Shown piece by piece: positions 37,850 to 47,670 of a stretch of 64,000 nt of DNA. A program made the translations under genes and the position numbers. Origin of the DNA: Geopsychrobacteraceae bacterium (lineage in GTDB: Bacteria; Desulfobacterota; Desulfuromonadia; Desulfuromonadales; Geopsychrobacteraceae); NCBI GenBank assembly GCA_963662315.1, contig OY759353.1:960001-1024000 (forward strand), given 5' to 3'. Numbering within the stretch: the first letter of the stretch is position 1; each line of letters begins with the position of its first letter. A model generated the notes under the pieces. The model was not told the origin of the DNA, searched no databases, and saw only the letters and a list, made by a program, of their open reading frames with translations.

Positions 37850-39078
37850 TACATACCTCCGGTAGATACGGCCAATACGGCTTTAAAAAATGCGTAATAG
37901 ACAAAAAACACCATGCCACCCACACACAGAATCAGCATCGGTTCAATAGCAACAGCTATCAGCTTGACCTTACTGCTCAGTTCGCGCTGGTAATAGACCC
38001 CAAGGCCATGCATGACAGTCTCAAGTTCGCCACTGTTTTCCCCCACCGCAGCCATGTGACGAACCAGTGCCGGGATCAAGCGCTGCTCAAAAGATTTCGA
38101 TAAACTCACCCCGTCAAGCAACTTTTCCGCCGAAGAGGCAACACAGGAACTGAGCGCCCCGTTATGAATAACCCGGCTGCCGATACGTAACGACTCAATA
38201 ACGGTCACCCCGCTGGCCAGCAGCATGGACAGGGTCCAGCACAACTGAGCCATGGCACCAAAAAGAATCGCTTTGCCCAGAATCGGAATAGTCAGCAGTC
38301 CCCGGTCGATAACCTGCTTGCCCTGTTTCGTCGTATAGGCCGCTAAAATACAAAACAGCAGGGTGCCCCCGACAATGCCGCCGGGGGCGGCATAAGTCAG
38401 GGCAAAATCGGAAATATCCAGCAGCAATTGGGTGGAGCCTGGGATGTCCGCCCCCTTGGCAGTCAGAAACTTTTCAAAGCGTGGAATGACTCCCATAACC
38501 AGGAAAATTACGACCCCGATAGTAACCAGCAAAACAAAAGTGGGATAGAACATGGCGGCCATCACCTGGCGCTTCAGATCCTTGGTGCGCTCCATGCTGT
38601 CCGCCAGACGTTCAAGGATCGCCTCAATGCTGCCACTCTGCTCACCGCTGGCCACCAGGTTGGCCACGACCGGTGAAAAAATCCCCTTCTCTTTGGCCAA
38701 CTGGCTGGAAAAGGTTTCACCACGGCGGATACCGTCTTCCATACGCCTTAACGCCCATTCCAGCCGGAACTTGCTGACCATATGGATGTTTGCCTCCAGG
38801 GTTGTCACAAGCGTGTAGCCGGAGCGCAGCATCAATGCGGTCTGGCGGAATAGCATGACCAGGTCATCTGTACCAACAGGCAGGTAACGTGACAGCCTCA
38901 GGTAACTGAGGACCAGAATGCCAAACTCACGCAGGTCACGTTTCTGCGGTTCCACCTTGAGAACAAAAACTCCCTGTTCCCGCAACTGCCGAACCGCGAC
39001 TTTTTCATCATCGCTGTCGATCTCCCCATTGATCTCCTGCCCCCGTTCATTAAGCCCGGTATAACTGAACACCCCCAT
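37849..39078 (-). CDS. gspF: T2SS/T4P inner-membrane platform protein (GspF/PilC)
   Basis: Motifs FRQTALMLRSG, GEQSG, AMFYP, GENSGEL and IEP. Confidence 0.92.
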   Translation of the reverse strand: MGVFSYTGLNERGQEINGEIDSDDEKVAVRQLREQGVFVLKVEPQKRDLREFGILVLSYLRLSRYLPVGTDDLVMLFRQTALMLRSGYTLVTTLEANIHMVSKFRLEWALRRMEDGIRRGETFSSQLAKEKGIFSPVVANLVASGEQSGSIEAILERLADSMERTKDLKRQVMAAMFYPTFVLLVTIGVVIFLVMGVIPRFEKFLTAKGADIPGSTQLLLDISDFALTYAAPGGIVGGTLLFCILAAYTTKQGKQVIDRGLLTIPILGKAILFGAMAQLCWTLSMLLASGVTVIESLRIGSRVIHNGALSSCVASSAEKLLDGVSLSKSFEQRLIPALVRHMAAVGENSGELETVMHGLGVYYQRELSSKVKLIAVAIEPMLILCVGGMVFFVYYAFFKAVLAVSTGGM

Positions 39079-40712
39079 TACAGATACTCCTCGGGGCGCA
39101 GATGCAGAACAGCGTCAAGACAGGCATCGCCAGACAGCACCTTGGCCCGGCAGTCATCCCACAAAGTGGTATAGTTCAAAGCCTGGCTGGCAATGGTATC
39201 TTCATCCGCCCCCTGGGAGATGGTCCGGGCCAGAGCCTGATCGATCCACAGCGCCTCAAATATTCCCAAACGCCCCTTGTAACCACTCCCCAGGCAGAAG
39301 GAACAGCCCCGCGGTTCAAACAACGACACTGGATCCCGTGGCTCAGCAGTGCTGACACCCAGCATGCGTAGCTCCTCCGGTGTCGCCGGTCGGCTGCTGC
39401 GACAGTGTGGACACAGGCGCCGGACCAGGCGTTGGGCCAGCACGCCAACAACCGTTGCACCAACCAGAAAACGCTCAACACCGATATCGGCCAGGCGCGT
39501 AACCGCTCCGACAGCATCATTGGTATGCAGGGTCGACAGCACCAGGTGACCGGTCATAGCGGCGCGCATACTGATATCGGCGGTTTCCTGGTCACGGATC
39601 TCGCCGACCAGCACCACGTCCGGGTCGTGACGCAAAAAAGAGCGCAGCGCCTGGGCAAAGCTGACTTTAGTCCCGACCTGGACCTGGCTTACGCCAACAA
39701 TCGTCTGCTCCACAGGATCTTCGACGGTGAGAATGTTAAGATTGGCAATGTCCAATTCCCTGATGGCACTGTACAGGGTGGTTGATTTTCCGCTCCCCGT
39801 TGGCCCGGTGACCAGGATCATACCGTAGGGCAACTGGATCCGCTTGCGGAAGTTTTCCAGCATCTGCGGCCGCATGCCCAGCTGTTCCAGGCTCAAGCCT
39901 CCGGTTTCCTGGGCCAGAATCCGCAGGGTAGCCCGTTCTCCCCAGCGGGTTGGAATGGTCGCTACGCGGATATCGGTCTGAGGCAGATTCCAGTCACTGA
40001 TCTGGTATTTCATGGCCCCGTCCTGGGCCATGCGCGATTCGGTAATATCCAGCCCCGCCAGCACCTTAATCCGGTTCATCAGGGCGCTCTCTTCCTGATG
40101 GTCAAGCAAGCGCGGCAGCTCAACCATGCGGCCGTCCACCCGCAGCCGGATCTGCATGCCGCTTTCAAGCGCTTCAAAATGCACATCCGTAGCCCGGTGC
40201 AGGTAGACTTCCTTCATGATTTCATCGAGCAATGAGACCGGATCAGGACTGCCCCCCACAGCAACCGAAACGGCTCCCGGATTTTTTAAATACCGTCCCA
40301 AGGCAGCCTTGAGCGCTGCCGGTTCCGCCAGGGCCGCTTTACAACGACAGCCTGCACTGCGTTCCACCCGCTCAACACTGGCGCGATCATCCGGGTCCCC
40401 CACCGCCACCAGGAGCTGCCCATTGCTGTCCCGTACCGGCAACAGCGGACGCTGCTGAAAAATCGAACGCGGAAGCTTGGCCATCACATCCCGATCCGCT
40501 GTCAAATCGGCGACGGGGATAAACGGCAACTTGCGCTGACTGGCCAGGGCCTGATAAAAGGCCGAATCGGGAAAGCGACCATCACGGGCGACCACTTCCA
40601 GCAACCGCAGCCGTTCACGCTTGGCAACGAGTCGTAATTCACGCAAGCGCAATTCAGAGACCAGACCAACCGCCACGGCCGCATCGATCAATTGACTTTC
40701 ACTAACAGGCAT
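39078..40712 (-). CDS. gspE: T2SS/T4P extension ATPase (GspE/PilB)
   Basis: Motifs GPTGSGKST, EDPVE, RHDPDVVLVGEIRD and TGHLVLSTLH, plus a tetracysteine Zn motif. Confidence 0.93.
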   Translation of the reverse strand: MPVSESQLIDAAVAVGLVSELRLRELRLVAKRERLRLLEVVARDGRFPDSAFYQALASQRKLPFIPVADLTADRDVMAKLPRSIFQQRPLLPVRDSNGQLLVAVGDPDDRASVERVERSAGCRCKAALAEPAALKAALGRYLKNPGAVSVAVGGSPDPVSLLDEIMKEVYLHRATDVHFEALESGMQIRLRVDGRMVELPRLLDHQEESALMNRIKVLAGLDITESRMAQDGAMKYQISDWNLPQTDIRVATIPTRWGERATLRILAQETGGLSLEQLGMRPQMLENFRKRIQLPYGMILVTGPTGSGKSTTLYSAIRELDIANLNILTVEDPVEQTIVGVSQVQVGTKVSFAQALRSFLRHDPDVVLVGEIRDQETADISMRAAMTGHLVLSTLHTNDAVGAVTRLADIGVERFLVGATVVGVLAQRLVRRLCPHCRSSRPATPEELRMLGVSTAEPRDPVSLFEPRGCSFCLGSGYKGRLGIFEALWIDQALARTISQGADEDTIASQALNYTTLWDDCRAKVLSGDACLDAVLHLRPEEYL

Positions 40713-41820
40713 ATTGTTTCACTTCCGTCCGCTTGGCAGCGCCCTTCGCTGTCTTAAGAAAACGTTCAAATCCTTCACTGTTCTGGCATAACCCCAAAGC
40801 CGTCTGAAAACTGATTTTCTGATCAATGACCAGCTGGGCCAGCGCCTGATCCATGGTCCACATACCACTGCTGCCACCCGACTCCATCAAGGAATAAAGC
40901 TGCTGTGAGCGAGAAGTCCGAATCAGGTTAAGCGCTGCGGTATTGACCATCAACAGCTCGATGGCAGCAACCCGTCCCTCACCACTTAAATCGGGCACCA
41001 GGCGCTGGGCGACCACGGCTTTCAGGACCATGGCCATCCGGTGCCGCGCCACCCCCTGCTCCTCACCGGGGAAATAGCCGATAAAGCGCTCAATAGCGCC
41101 GATCGCCTCACCGGTATGCAGGGTCGAAAAGACCAGGTGCCCGGTTTCAGCCGCTGACAGCGACGCCTGCATGGTCTCCTTGTCACGCATCTCGCCCACC
41201 ATAATCACATCCGGGTCCTCGCGCATGGCAGCGCGCACGGCATCGGCATAACTATCCACGTCAGCATGGATTTCGCGGTGATGCACCAGACTGCGTTTAT
41301 TGCGGTGGACAAACTCCACCGGGTCCTCAATGGTCAGAATATGGCAATCGCGCTCGCGGTTGATTTCATCGAGCAGTACCGCCAGGGTTGATGACTTGCC
41401 ACTGCCCGTCGCTCCGGTCACCAGCACCAATCCTGACTTCAGATACGCCAGCTCACGTAACTGTGTCGGCAGACCAAGCTCTTCAAGGGTGCTGATATTC
41501 TGATTAAGATGACGGATCGCCATAGTGGTAGCCCCCATGGCCCGGTATATGTTGAGACGAAAGCGTTCCCCCTGCCCCAGGGAATAACCAAGATCCAGGT
41601 TCTTCTTTTTCTCGTACTCCGCCCATTGCGTATCGTTCATCAGTTCCCAGGCCATGTTTTCAAGCTCTTCAGCCGTGAAACAAAAAGCTTCCTGAACCTG
41701 CAGACGACCGTTGACGCGGTAGCTCACCGGCTGATCGGCGCTAAGGTGGATATCGGACCCACCACGAGCAATACAGTCACTCAAAATGTCATTAAAATGA
41801 TTTTTAGCCGGGCACATCAT
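40702..41820 (-). CDS. pilT: Pilus retraction ATPase (PilT/PilU family)
   Basis: Motifs SDIHL, GATGSGKSST, REDPDVIMVGEMRD, ETGHLVFSTLH, LNLIR and GMWTMDQ. No Zn motif. Confidence 0.92.
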   Translation of the reverse strand: MMCPAKNHFNDILSDCIARGGSDIHLSADQPVSYRVNGRLQVQEAFCFTAEELENMAWELMNDTQWAEYEKKKNLDLGYSLGQGERFRLNIYRAMGATTMAIRHLNQNISTLEELGLPTQLRELAYLKSGLVLVTGATGSGKSSTLAVLLDEINRERDCHILTIEDPVEFVHRNKRSLVHHREIHADVDSYADAVRAAMREDPDVIMVGEMRDKETMQASLSAAETGHLVFSTLHTGEAIGAIERFIGYFPGEEQGVARHRMAMVLKAVVAQRLVPDLSGEGRVAAIELLMVNTAALNLIRTSRSQQLYSLMESGGSSGMWTMDQALAQLVIDQKISFQTALGLCQNSEGFERFLKTAKGAAKRTEVKQYAC

Positions 41821-42467
41821 CAGATCGACAACTCCAGAGACATATAGATAGCCCCGGACGGCAGATAACCGTCGCGCAGAGTGCGGCGTTCTTCGAGGAC
41901 GTGCCGCGAATAGACCCGTAAACGCATAACAGACACGTAATAGCTGAGATCTTTCAGCCCTGAAATAAATGAAATCATCTGGGCATAATCGCAGTTGGCG
42001 GTCACCTCAAGGAGCGGCCTCCCGATCTGCGGATCAAGCACCGCAGGGGTCATCTCACTCTCCGGGTTGTACCCCTTGCGCGCCACCAGCAGCAGATCGA
42101 CGCCGCTACGCTGAGCCAGTCGTGAAATTTCCAGCATCAGCAGCTGCCGTTCTTCATTGGAATCGATGGGGACAAACCCGCTGTCCAGTTCATTGAGACT
42201 GGCTTTTTCTGCAGCCAGCAACTCTTCAGATTTGGCAATCTTCTTTTCCAGCACTTCGGGGCTGAGACCACTCCCCTTGACCTTGCCCAGGTCGGCACGT
42301 TTGTCGATACGGTCCTGCCGACGATGCAGTAAAGACTCTGCTTCCCCCAGCTTTTTATGGCGGTACGGGTAAAACACCGAGCCATACAAACAAATGGATA
42401 GCAGACACAAGATAATCAGTGACCGCCCCCGCTCCTTCTGGGTCATGCGCTTCCAGCGTCCGATCAT
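41820..42467 (-). CDS. PilO/GspM-like alignment protein
   Basis: ER motif, a TM helix, a coiled coil and a ferredoxin-like C-terminus (DYAQMISFISGL). ATGA overlap with the upstream gene. Confidence 0.65.
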   Translation of the reverse strand: MIGRWKRMTQKERGRSLIILCLLSICLYGSVFYPYRHKKLGEAESLLHRRQDRIDKRADLGKVKGSGLSPEVLEKKIAKSEELLAAEKASLNELDSGFVPIDSNEERQLLMLEISRLAQRSGVDLLLVARKGYNPESEMTPAVLDPQIGRPLLEVTANCDYAQMISFISGLKDLSYYVSVMRLRVYSRHVLEERRTLRDGYLPSGAIYMSLELSI

Positions 42468-44404
42468 GACTGCGGCTCCTGTGCTTTGTTCCCCTGCTGA
42501 TAGATCCACACCTTGAACACATAACCATTCAGGTTCAGGCGGTTGCGACCACGATTCAGTTTACTGTCACGCACTTCGTAGTCCCATTTTTCCAGCTCAT
42601 GGTTCAACTCACTGACAAAGCTCTGAGCCAGGGTATCCTGCAAGGCCCACCCTTCCAGGTAGAAACCATCGCGTTCCTTGGTTTCTTCAATCAGATCAAA
42701 AATGACGCCGTCATTCACCGCCCGAGCAAAAGCTTCGAGCACGGCGGGGATCAAGTCCTGACGATAACGGATCACCGTGTCAAGGACCTCCCCCAGACGT
42801 CGCTGCTCTGCCAGCTCAGCTTCTTTATCATCGAGCTGACGCTGCAACTTGCCGACTTCCGCAGACAACGCCTGCGATTCCTTGATAATCTTCATGCGTC
42901 GCTCATACTCGATATCGAGCAGATCCCGTTCAAAATTGACCGTTTCGATCTTGTTGCGCAGGTGCACATCCATGGCGTAGAGCCCCGCCACAACCAGGAC
43001 CAGCGCCACGAGGGGGTAGTATTGCTTGCGTTTCCACACCGGCGGCGGTGGAGTCTGGGCGCGGATAGCCACAGCCTGAAGAGGGCGGACCCCTTTCAGG
43101 GCGTGTCGCGCAGCAGCGCGCATAGCCACGAGGGCTTCTACCGGCCAAACCTTTTCATCACCCGGGAGCGGAGCACTGAGCACGGCAACCGGTATCTGCA
43201 AGCGCGCTTCGAGAGCAGCGCTGATCTCTTCAGCTATGCTTTGCGGAGCATTCAGAACAATCACCTCACGTGGACTGGCCAACATCTGATAGACCGCTTC
43301 AGCAATTTCTTCTCCGCCAGCAGACCCGTAACAAGGGGTCATCAGCAGGTTATCAATGCCCCGGGAGCCCCCGGTGACAAACACGTACTGTTCCTGGCGG
43401 ACATCAACCAACAGCCAGTCGCGTTGCTCTTCTCCCAGATGGACAGCTGCCAGCCCGGCCTGCGGATAGATCCACTGCAACCTTATTTTGTGACGCCGCA
43501 GAGCCTCCACATAGCGTCGCGCCAGGTCGGCCGAAACCGCGCCACCCAACCACGGGTAATAGCCATCATCTTCGTCACCGGCCTGACCGGACCAGCCGAT
43601 ACGCAGGCTTTCATCCTCAACCAGCAGCTGATCAAGCTGCTGCAGAACCGTGGCCATAGCTTCTGAGCCAACGGTCTGCTCACATAATTCAGAAACAGGC
43701 ATTTCAGCGTTGCGCGCCTGTTTTTCAAGGTGACAACGTTGCTCATAACTAAGGACTCCCCGTTCTTGGAGCAGAGCAACTGGTGTCACCAGGTCATTCC
43801 CGGCAACCACAGCTTCTTCCATTTCGTAACGGATCAATTCGGTCATCTGTTCGCGCGGGCGCGGACGGTCAGGAGCAACCGGCAAACTGAGCAACCGGGC
43901 CGCTGCCAATGGGGACACCAGCACCGCCTCGCGCGGCAAGCGCTTGGTCTGTTTCTTCAGTTCGGCAACGACTTCGCCAATGGCTTTATCAAAATCAGCA
44001 TTGTCAGAGCTGGCAGCAGCACCAAAGGTAATGGTTCCGTTAACCTGACGCCGGGCAATAAATGCGCTGACCGCTGCCGGGCTGGCATCGACAACCAGTA
44101 CCTGTTTAGCCGGGCGCGGCAGCCCTTTAATACCACCCTTTTGAGCACCTTTTTTGACCCCACCGTTACCGAGCAGCGGCAGCGGCAGTTTGCTCCGCCC
44201 GGCACCCGGAGCTGCCTCAATTTGCGCTCCGTTGGCACCCTTTTTTTTGCCGGCGCTTGCCTTACCACGACGCAGCCGTTTAAGCAGCCCGGATGGTTTC
44301 TCGGCCGCTCTGGTCGCGGTTACGGACCCGGCTTCGAGCCTATTTTCAGAAGCCTTCTCAGGTGCGGACTTGTCTTTGCGTTTGATTGAAAATTTCACCA
44401 GCAT
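42464..44404 (-). CDS. PilM/PilN (GspL)-like fusion protein
   Basis: Cytoplasmic actin-like region (ELIRYEME), a single TM helix, a coiled coil and a PilN-like C-terminus (LEGWAL..AQSFV..L). Confidence 0.65.
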   Translation of the reverse strand: MLVKFSIKRKDKSAPEKASENRLEAGSVTATRAAEKPSGLLKRLRRGKASAGKKKGANGAQIEAAPGAGRSKLPLPLLGNGGVKKGAQKGGIKGLPRPAKQVLVVDASPAAVSAFIARRQVNGTITFGAAASSDNADFDKAIGEVVAELKKQTKRLPREAVLVSPLAAARLLSLPVAPDRPRPREQMTELIRYEMEEAVVAGNDLVTPVALLQERGVLSYEQRCHLEKQARNAEMPVSELCEQTVGSEAMATVLQQLDQLLVEDESLRIGWSGQAGDEDDGYYPWLGGAVSADLARRYVEALRRHKIRLQWIYPQAGLAAVHLGEEQRDWLLVDVRQEQYVFVTGGSRGIDNLLMTPCYGSAGGEEIAEAVYQMLASPREVIVLNAPQSIAEEISAALEARLQIPVAVLSAPLPGDEKVWPVEALVAMRAAARHALKGVRPLQAVAIRAQTPPPPVWKRKQYYPLVALVLVVAGLYAMDVHLRNKIETVNFERDLLDIEYERRMKIIKESQALSAEVGKLQRQLDDKEAELAEQRRLGEVLDTVIRYRQDLIPAVLEAFARAVNDGVIFDLIEETKERDGFYLEGWALQDTLAQSFVSELNHELEKWDYEVRDSKLNRGRNRLNLNGYVFKVWIYQQGNKAQEPQS

Positions 44405-44418
44405 GCCAACTTTCTCAT

Positions 44419-45879
44419 TTAAAAATACTCTGCCATATTCCATTCAAGGGGCCCGAAGGGGCGACCGGGAAGGACAGTGTAGTTTCTCCAGTTTAATTGC
44501 GCTGGAGCAGCAGCAGAGGGTCCTGCCGCTGAAAATTCGGTCCCTGTGCAGCTGGCTCCATCATGAAGGTAAATTCCAAAGGCAATATTTCCCATATACA
44601 TATTTATTGGTGATGAAAATGAAAACTCGACACTTTTAGGCCGCCCATCCCAGTAATAAATGCCACTATTTGTTGAACCTTCTGCAACTACTCCGGCGAC
44701 ACTATGCTCGACCACGAGACAGAGGTTTTGAGGATATGAAATCACCCTCCACACAAATCCAGCCCCCTCACAAGTACCTTGACTGATGTAACTAGAATCA
44801 CTGCAGATAAAAGACGCTCCATTAAATACCTGACTCCAGTCGCCATCAATAACAGCATCAGCATTATAATCGGCAGCACTACAAGCAAGCTTAGCGCGAG
44901 TAAGATCAAAACAGCCTTCGTTTCCGCTAGAGGTATAATATTGCCAGCGCCCCAGGATTCCGTTGCCGTAGTCGGTTCCGGCGCAGGTTGCCTCATCGCC
45001 AACCGTAGTATCCCTGCAAGCCCAACCAACATCACCTGCTGGCAACCAGACACCTTCGGCATCACTGCAACTCCAGAAATCCTCATATCCGGGCAAAGCT
45101 ACCCACGAACCGGGAGTAGCAGCGCTGATACAGGCGTCCATATTGCGATTAGCCAAAGGATCCTCAGTGCAACGATAGCAATTGGCTGGAGCAGGAAAGG
45201 AGACCGTCACCCCATTGCTCGTTTCGATAGTCGTCACATAGCGATCAGCGTTAATAAGTGGCTGGCTGCTAGCTGGCGGATAATCGTTTTCGAAAACGTC
45301 CGTACCACTTGGGATACCATCACGCCCGTAGCTCTGCACCGTAACCCCACTTGTCTGACTGTAGTTCCAACCGAAATTATCCCCACTATCGTTATTCCCC
45401 CAACCATCCTGAAAGCGCGGGTAATCATTATGCTCAGCAGCCGTAAGATATGGGCCGTTCCAGCCCGCCTGGACCAACCAACCATTGCAATCACCCGAAG
45501 CGTTTTTACAATCGTAATCAGGCTGCGTCACCCACGTTCCACCCGCAGAAACACAATCGATCTCATCGGTCAGCACTTCCGGTGCGCCGGCACAATAATT
45601 CTGACGCAGCAGCGCATTCAGACTCGGTGGCACCTGCCCCATATCGGCGATATAGCCGCTGATTTCGGAGTGGCCGTTCAGTTTTCTGGAGGTATCGCCG
45701 ACAATGGCGTGGCGGATGGCGTTGATCCTTTGACGAGTGTCGTCAAAGTGTAATTGATCGGATCGGTTGCCAACCACCCCCAGGCTCATCCAGGCAACAG
45801 CAGAAAGTATGGTCACCACCAACAACAGCTCCAGCAGGGTCATGCCCCGGTTGTTGGCGATACGAGATTTCAGGCTCAC
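44419..45879 (-). CDS. Large minor pilin/pseudopilin with Cys-rich repeats (putative tip adhesin)
   Basis: Prepilin motif NNRG|MTLLELLLVV, GWNGPYL and DGWGN, plus repeated C-xn-C-xn-G-x-W modules. Confidence 0.85.
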   Translation of the reverse strand: MSLKSRIANNRGMTLLELLLVVTILSAVAWMSLGVVGNRSDQLHFDDTRQRINAIRHAIVGDTSRKLNGHSEISGYIADMGQVPPSLNALLRQNYCAGAPEVLTDEIDCVSAGGTWVTQPDYDCKNASGDCNGWLVQAGWNGPYLTAAEHNDYPRFQDGWGNNDSGDNFGWNYSQTSGVTVQSYGRDGIPSGTDVFENDYPPASSQPLINADRYVTTIETSNGVTVSFPAPANCYRCTEDPLANRNMDACISAATPGSWVALPGYEDFWSCSDAEGVWLPAGDVGWACRDTTVGDEATCAGTDYGNGILGRWQYYTSSGNEGCFDLTRAKLACSAADYNADAVIDGDWSQVFNGASFICSDSSYISQGTCEGAGFVWRVISYPQNLCLVVEHSVAGVVAEGSTNSGIYYWDGRPKSVEFSFSSPINMYMGNIAFGIYLHDGASCTGTEFSAAGPSAAAPAQLNWRNYTVLPGRPFGPLEWNMAEYF

Positions 45880-45902
45880 AATCAGTACCTTGCGTGAAAA
45901 AA

Positions 45903-46412
45903 TCAGTGCAATTCAGGCCGCTGGTAATCAACCACCATAATGGCTGGGCCCTTAGCGTAGTTATACAGGTGGTACCCCAACAACCGCACATGCTCGTCAA
46001 CATGCAGGTTGGCGGCAAATTTTTCCGCAGCTGCGCTTTCCACATAGACGGGGAAAATACGCCCGGCGGTAGTCTCAATGAACATGCGATGCTCCACCTT
46101 GGGCATGGGCTGGACACCGGCCACTTCCAGAGCGGTGTAGACATAGCTCATGTCGCGCTGCTCGGGCAGACGCTTAACACTGGCCACAAAGCTGATCGGC
46201 TCGGCCATTTTGATCATCTTTTTCCCCTTGGGCACCTTCCCTTTTTCGGCAACGATAAAGGTATCGATATCCACAGCGACAAAATCGCCGGGAGCCTGTT
46301 TCACCATGGTCTGCGCCATTTCTCCCCCCCCTTCAGCCTGATTATCAACCGCCCCGGCACAGGTAGCGCTCAGCACCAGGCCCAACAGCAGCAACTTAAA
46401 AACCTTGTTCAT
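45903..46412 (-). CDS. Secreted hypothetical protein of the pilus cluster
   Basis: Signal peptide. Tightly coupled to the neighbouring genes. Confidence 0.75.
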   Translation of the reverse strand: MNKVFKLLLLGLVLSATCAGAVDNQAEGGGEMAQTMVKQAPGDFVAVDIDTFIVAEKGKVPKGKKMIKMAEPISFVASVKRLPEQRDMSYVYTALEVAGVQPMPKVEHRMFIETTAGRIFPVYVESAAAEKFAANLHVDEHVRLLGYHLYNYAKGPAIMVVDYQRPELH

Positions 46413-47210
46413 TTATTCAATCTCCAGACGGATATTGTCATTCGATTCCACATAATCGCCATCCGGACCGGAGCTGACCAGCAACGGCCGGGAATTTAGG
46501 TTAAACAACAGATAGGGACGCCCCCAAGTATCGCGCTCGTCTCGACTACTGCCGGTTTTCAGACTCCAGCCGAGCAGATTATTATGCGGACGGTGCTCAA
46601 AGGGATCGGCCAAACCGTCGACATCGGTCAACACTACGGCAGATACGGTTTCCGTCGGGTCACCTGCGGTATTTCCCGCCGCCGTGCCATCATTGACGTT
46701 ATTACTGATATTGACGTAACCGTCAGCAAACCCTTTCAGGTAGGGCCCACGCCACCCGCGCCCGCTTTCCGCGTCCCAAGTCTCCAGTGGATGGCCACCG
46801 GGCAGCGGACTGTCAGAGGTGAGCAGCAGCCAGAAATTGGCTGGCGAATAGAACCAGACCTTCTTTTCTGCATCGTCCGCCCCTGCGTAGGCGGGCAGAT
46901 CGGCGTAGTCAATGACGCCACTCAAACCATCATCGTCCATACCGAAGGGCCCGGTCTTCGGGTAGTACCCCGTGTCCTGGCGAAACTGACGTATCGCCTG
47001 GGCGATCTCTTGCATCTCGGTACGCACCAGCTGATCGTTGGCGTGTTCGCTAATACCGATATAGTTGCCTGCGGCAACAAAAGCGACGGCGGCTAATATG
47101 GATACCGTCACCAGCAGCTCAATCAGGGTGAAGCCCCCCTGGCCCAGCTTCACTTTCAGTCTCCCTAAAGTCCGCAGGCTTTGCGGGCGCTCTTGGCGGC
47201 GAGTTGCCAT
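46413..47210 (-). CDS. GspG-like pseudopilin / minor pilin
   Basis: Motifs GG|FTLIELLVTV, DTGYYP, WRGPYL, DTWGRPY and SSGPDG. Confidence 0.88.
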   Translation of the reverse strand: MATRRQERPQSLRTLGRLKVKLGQGGFTLIELLVTVSILAAVAFVAAGNYIGISEHANDQLVRTEMQEIAQAIRQFRQDTGYYPKTGPFGMDDDGLSGVIDYADLPAYAGADDAEKKVWFYSPANFWLLLTSDSPLPGGHPLETWDAESGRGWRGPYLKGFADGYVNISNNVNDGTAAGNTAGDPTETVSAVVLTDVDGLADPFEHRPHNNLLGWSLKTGSSRDERDTWGRPYLLFNLNSRPLLVSSGPDGDYVESNDNIRLEIE

Positions 47211-47476
47211 TCGGGGCCGAATTTACGTCGCGCTTTATTAAAGGCATCGCCCTGATCAGCACCACTGACCAGCAGCTCAGCGATATAGTTATAGGGGTCT
47301 TTATCTACCCCTTCAGCATCCATTTTTTCAGCGTAGCAGTCAGCCTGCTGCGGGGTTAAACCGGACTTACGCAGGCCTTCTTTCATCTTGTCAACATCTC
47401 CGCCGCACCCAGCCAGAAAAACCACCAGCACCAGCACCAGCAGCAGCCTCCCCTTGGTCCATACAGCTTTCATCAT
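47165..47476 (-). CDS. Small lipoprotein
   Basis: Lipobox LAG|C and two further cysteines. Confidence 0.75.
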   Translation of the reverse strand: MMKAVWTKGRLLLVLVLVVFLAGCGGDVDKMKEGLRKSGLTPQQADCYAEKMDAEGVDKDPYNYIAELLVSGADQGDAFNKARRKFGPEWQLAAKSARKACGL

Positions 47477-47539
47477 CAGTTCTCCCATGTTCTGTTTGAC
47501 GAGTCATGTGCCCCTGGCGCCGCCCACCGGCGTCGGCAC

Positions 47540-47584
47540 AAAAACCGGGCCACCTGCGACAGTCCTTGTCGCCTGTGGCCCGAT
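47540..47584 (-). terminator. Hairpin with U-tract after the major pilin gene (partial terminator or mRNA stabiliser)
   Basis: On the minus strand, ATCGGGCCAC...GTGGCCCGG followed by TTTTT. Confidence 0.65.
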
Positions 47585-47670
47585 ACGTGGCCGGAGCGGG
47601 TTCGTTTTGGTTACTTTCCCTGGGAAGGAATGGGCGGTCCGGCCAGCCGCCCGGTGAAGACTAACTGTTA

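Noticed and set aside
42599..45753. Long plus-strand ORFs (355, 219 and 324 aa), and the similar 19739-20680 minus-strand ORF
   Set aside because: They are antisense shadows of well-supported genes.
44419..45879. Multihaem cytochrome reading of the Cys-rich pilin
   Set aside because: No CxxCH motifs are present.
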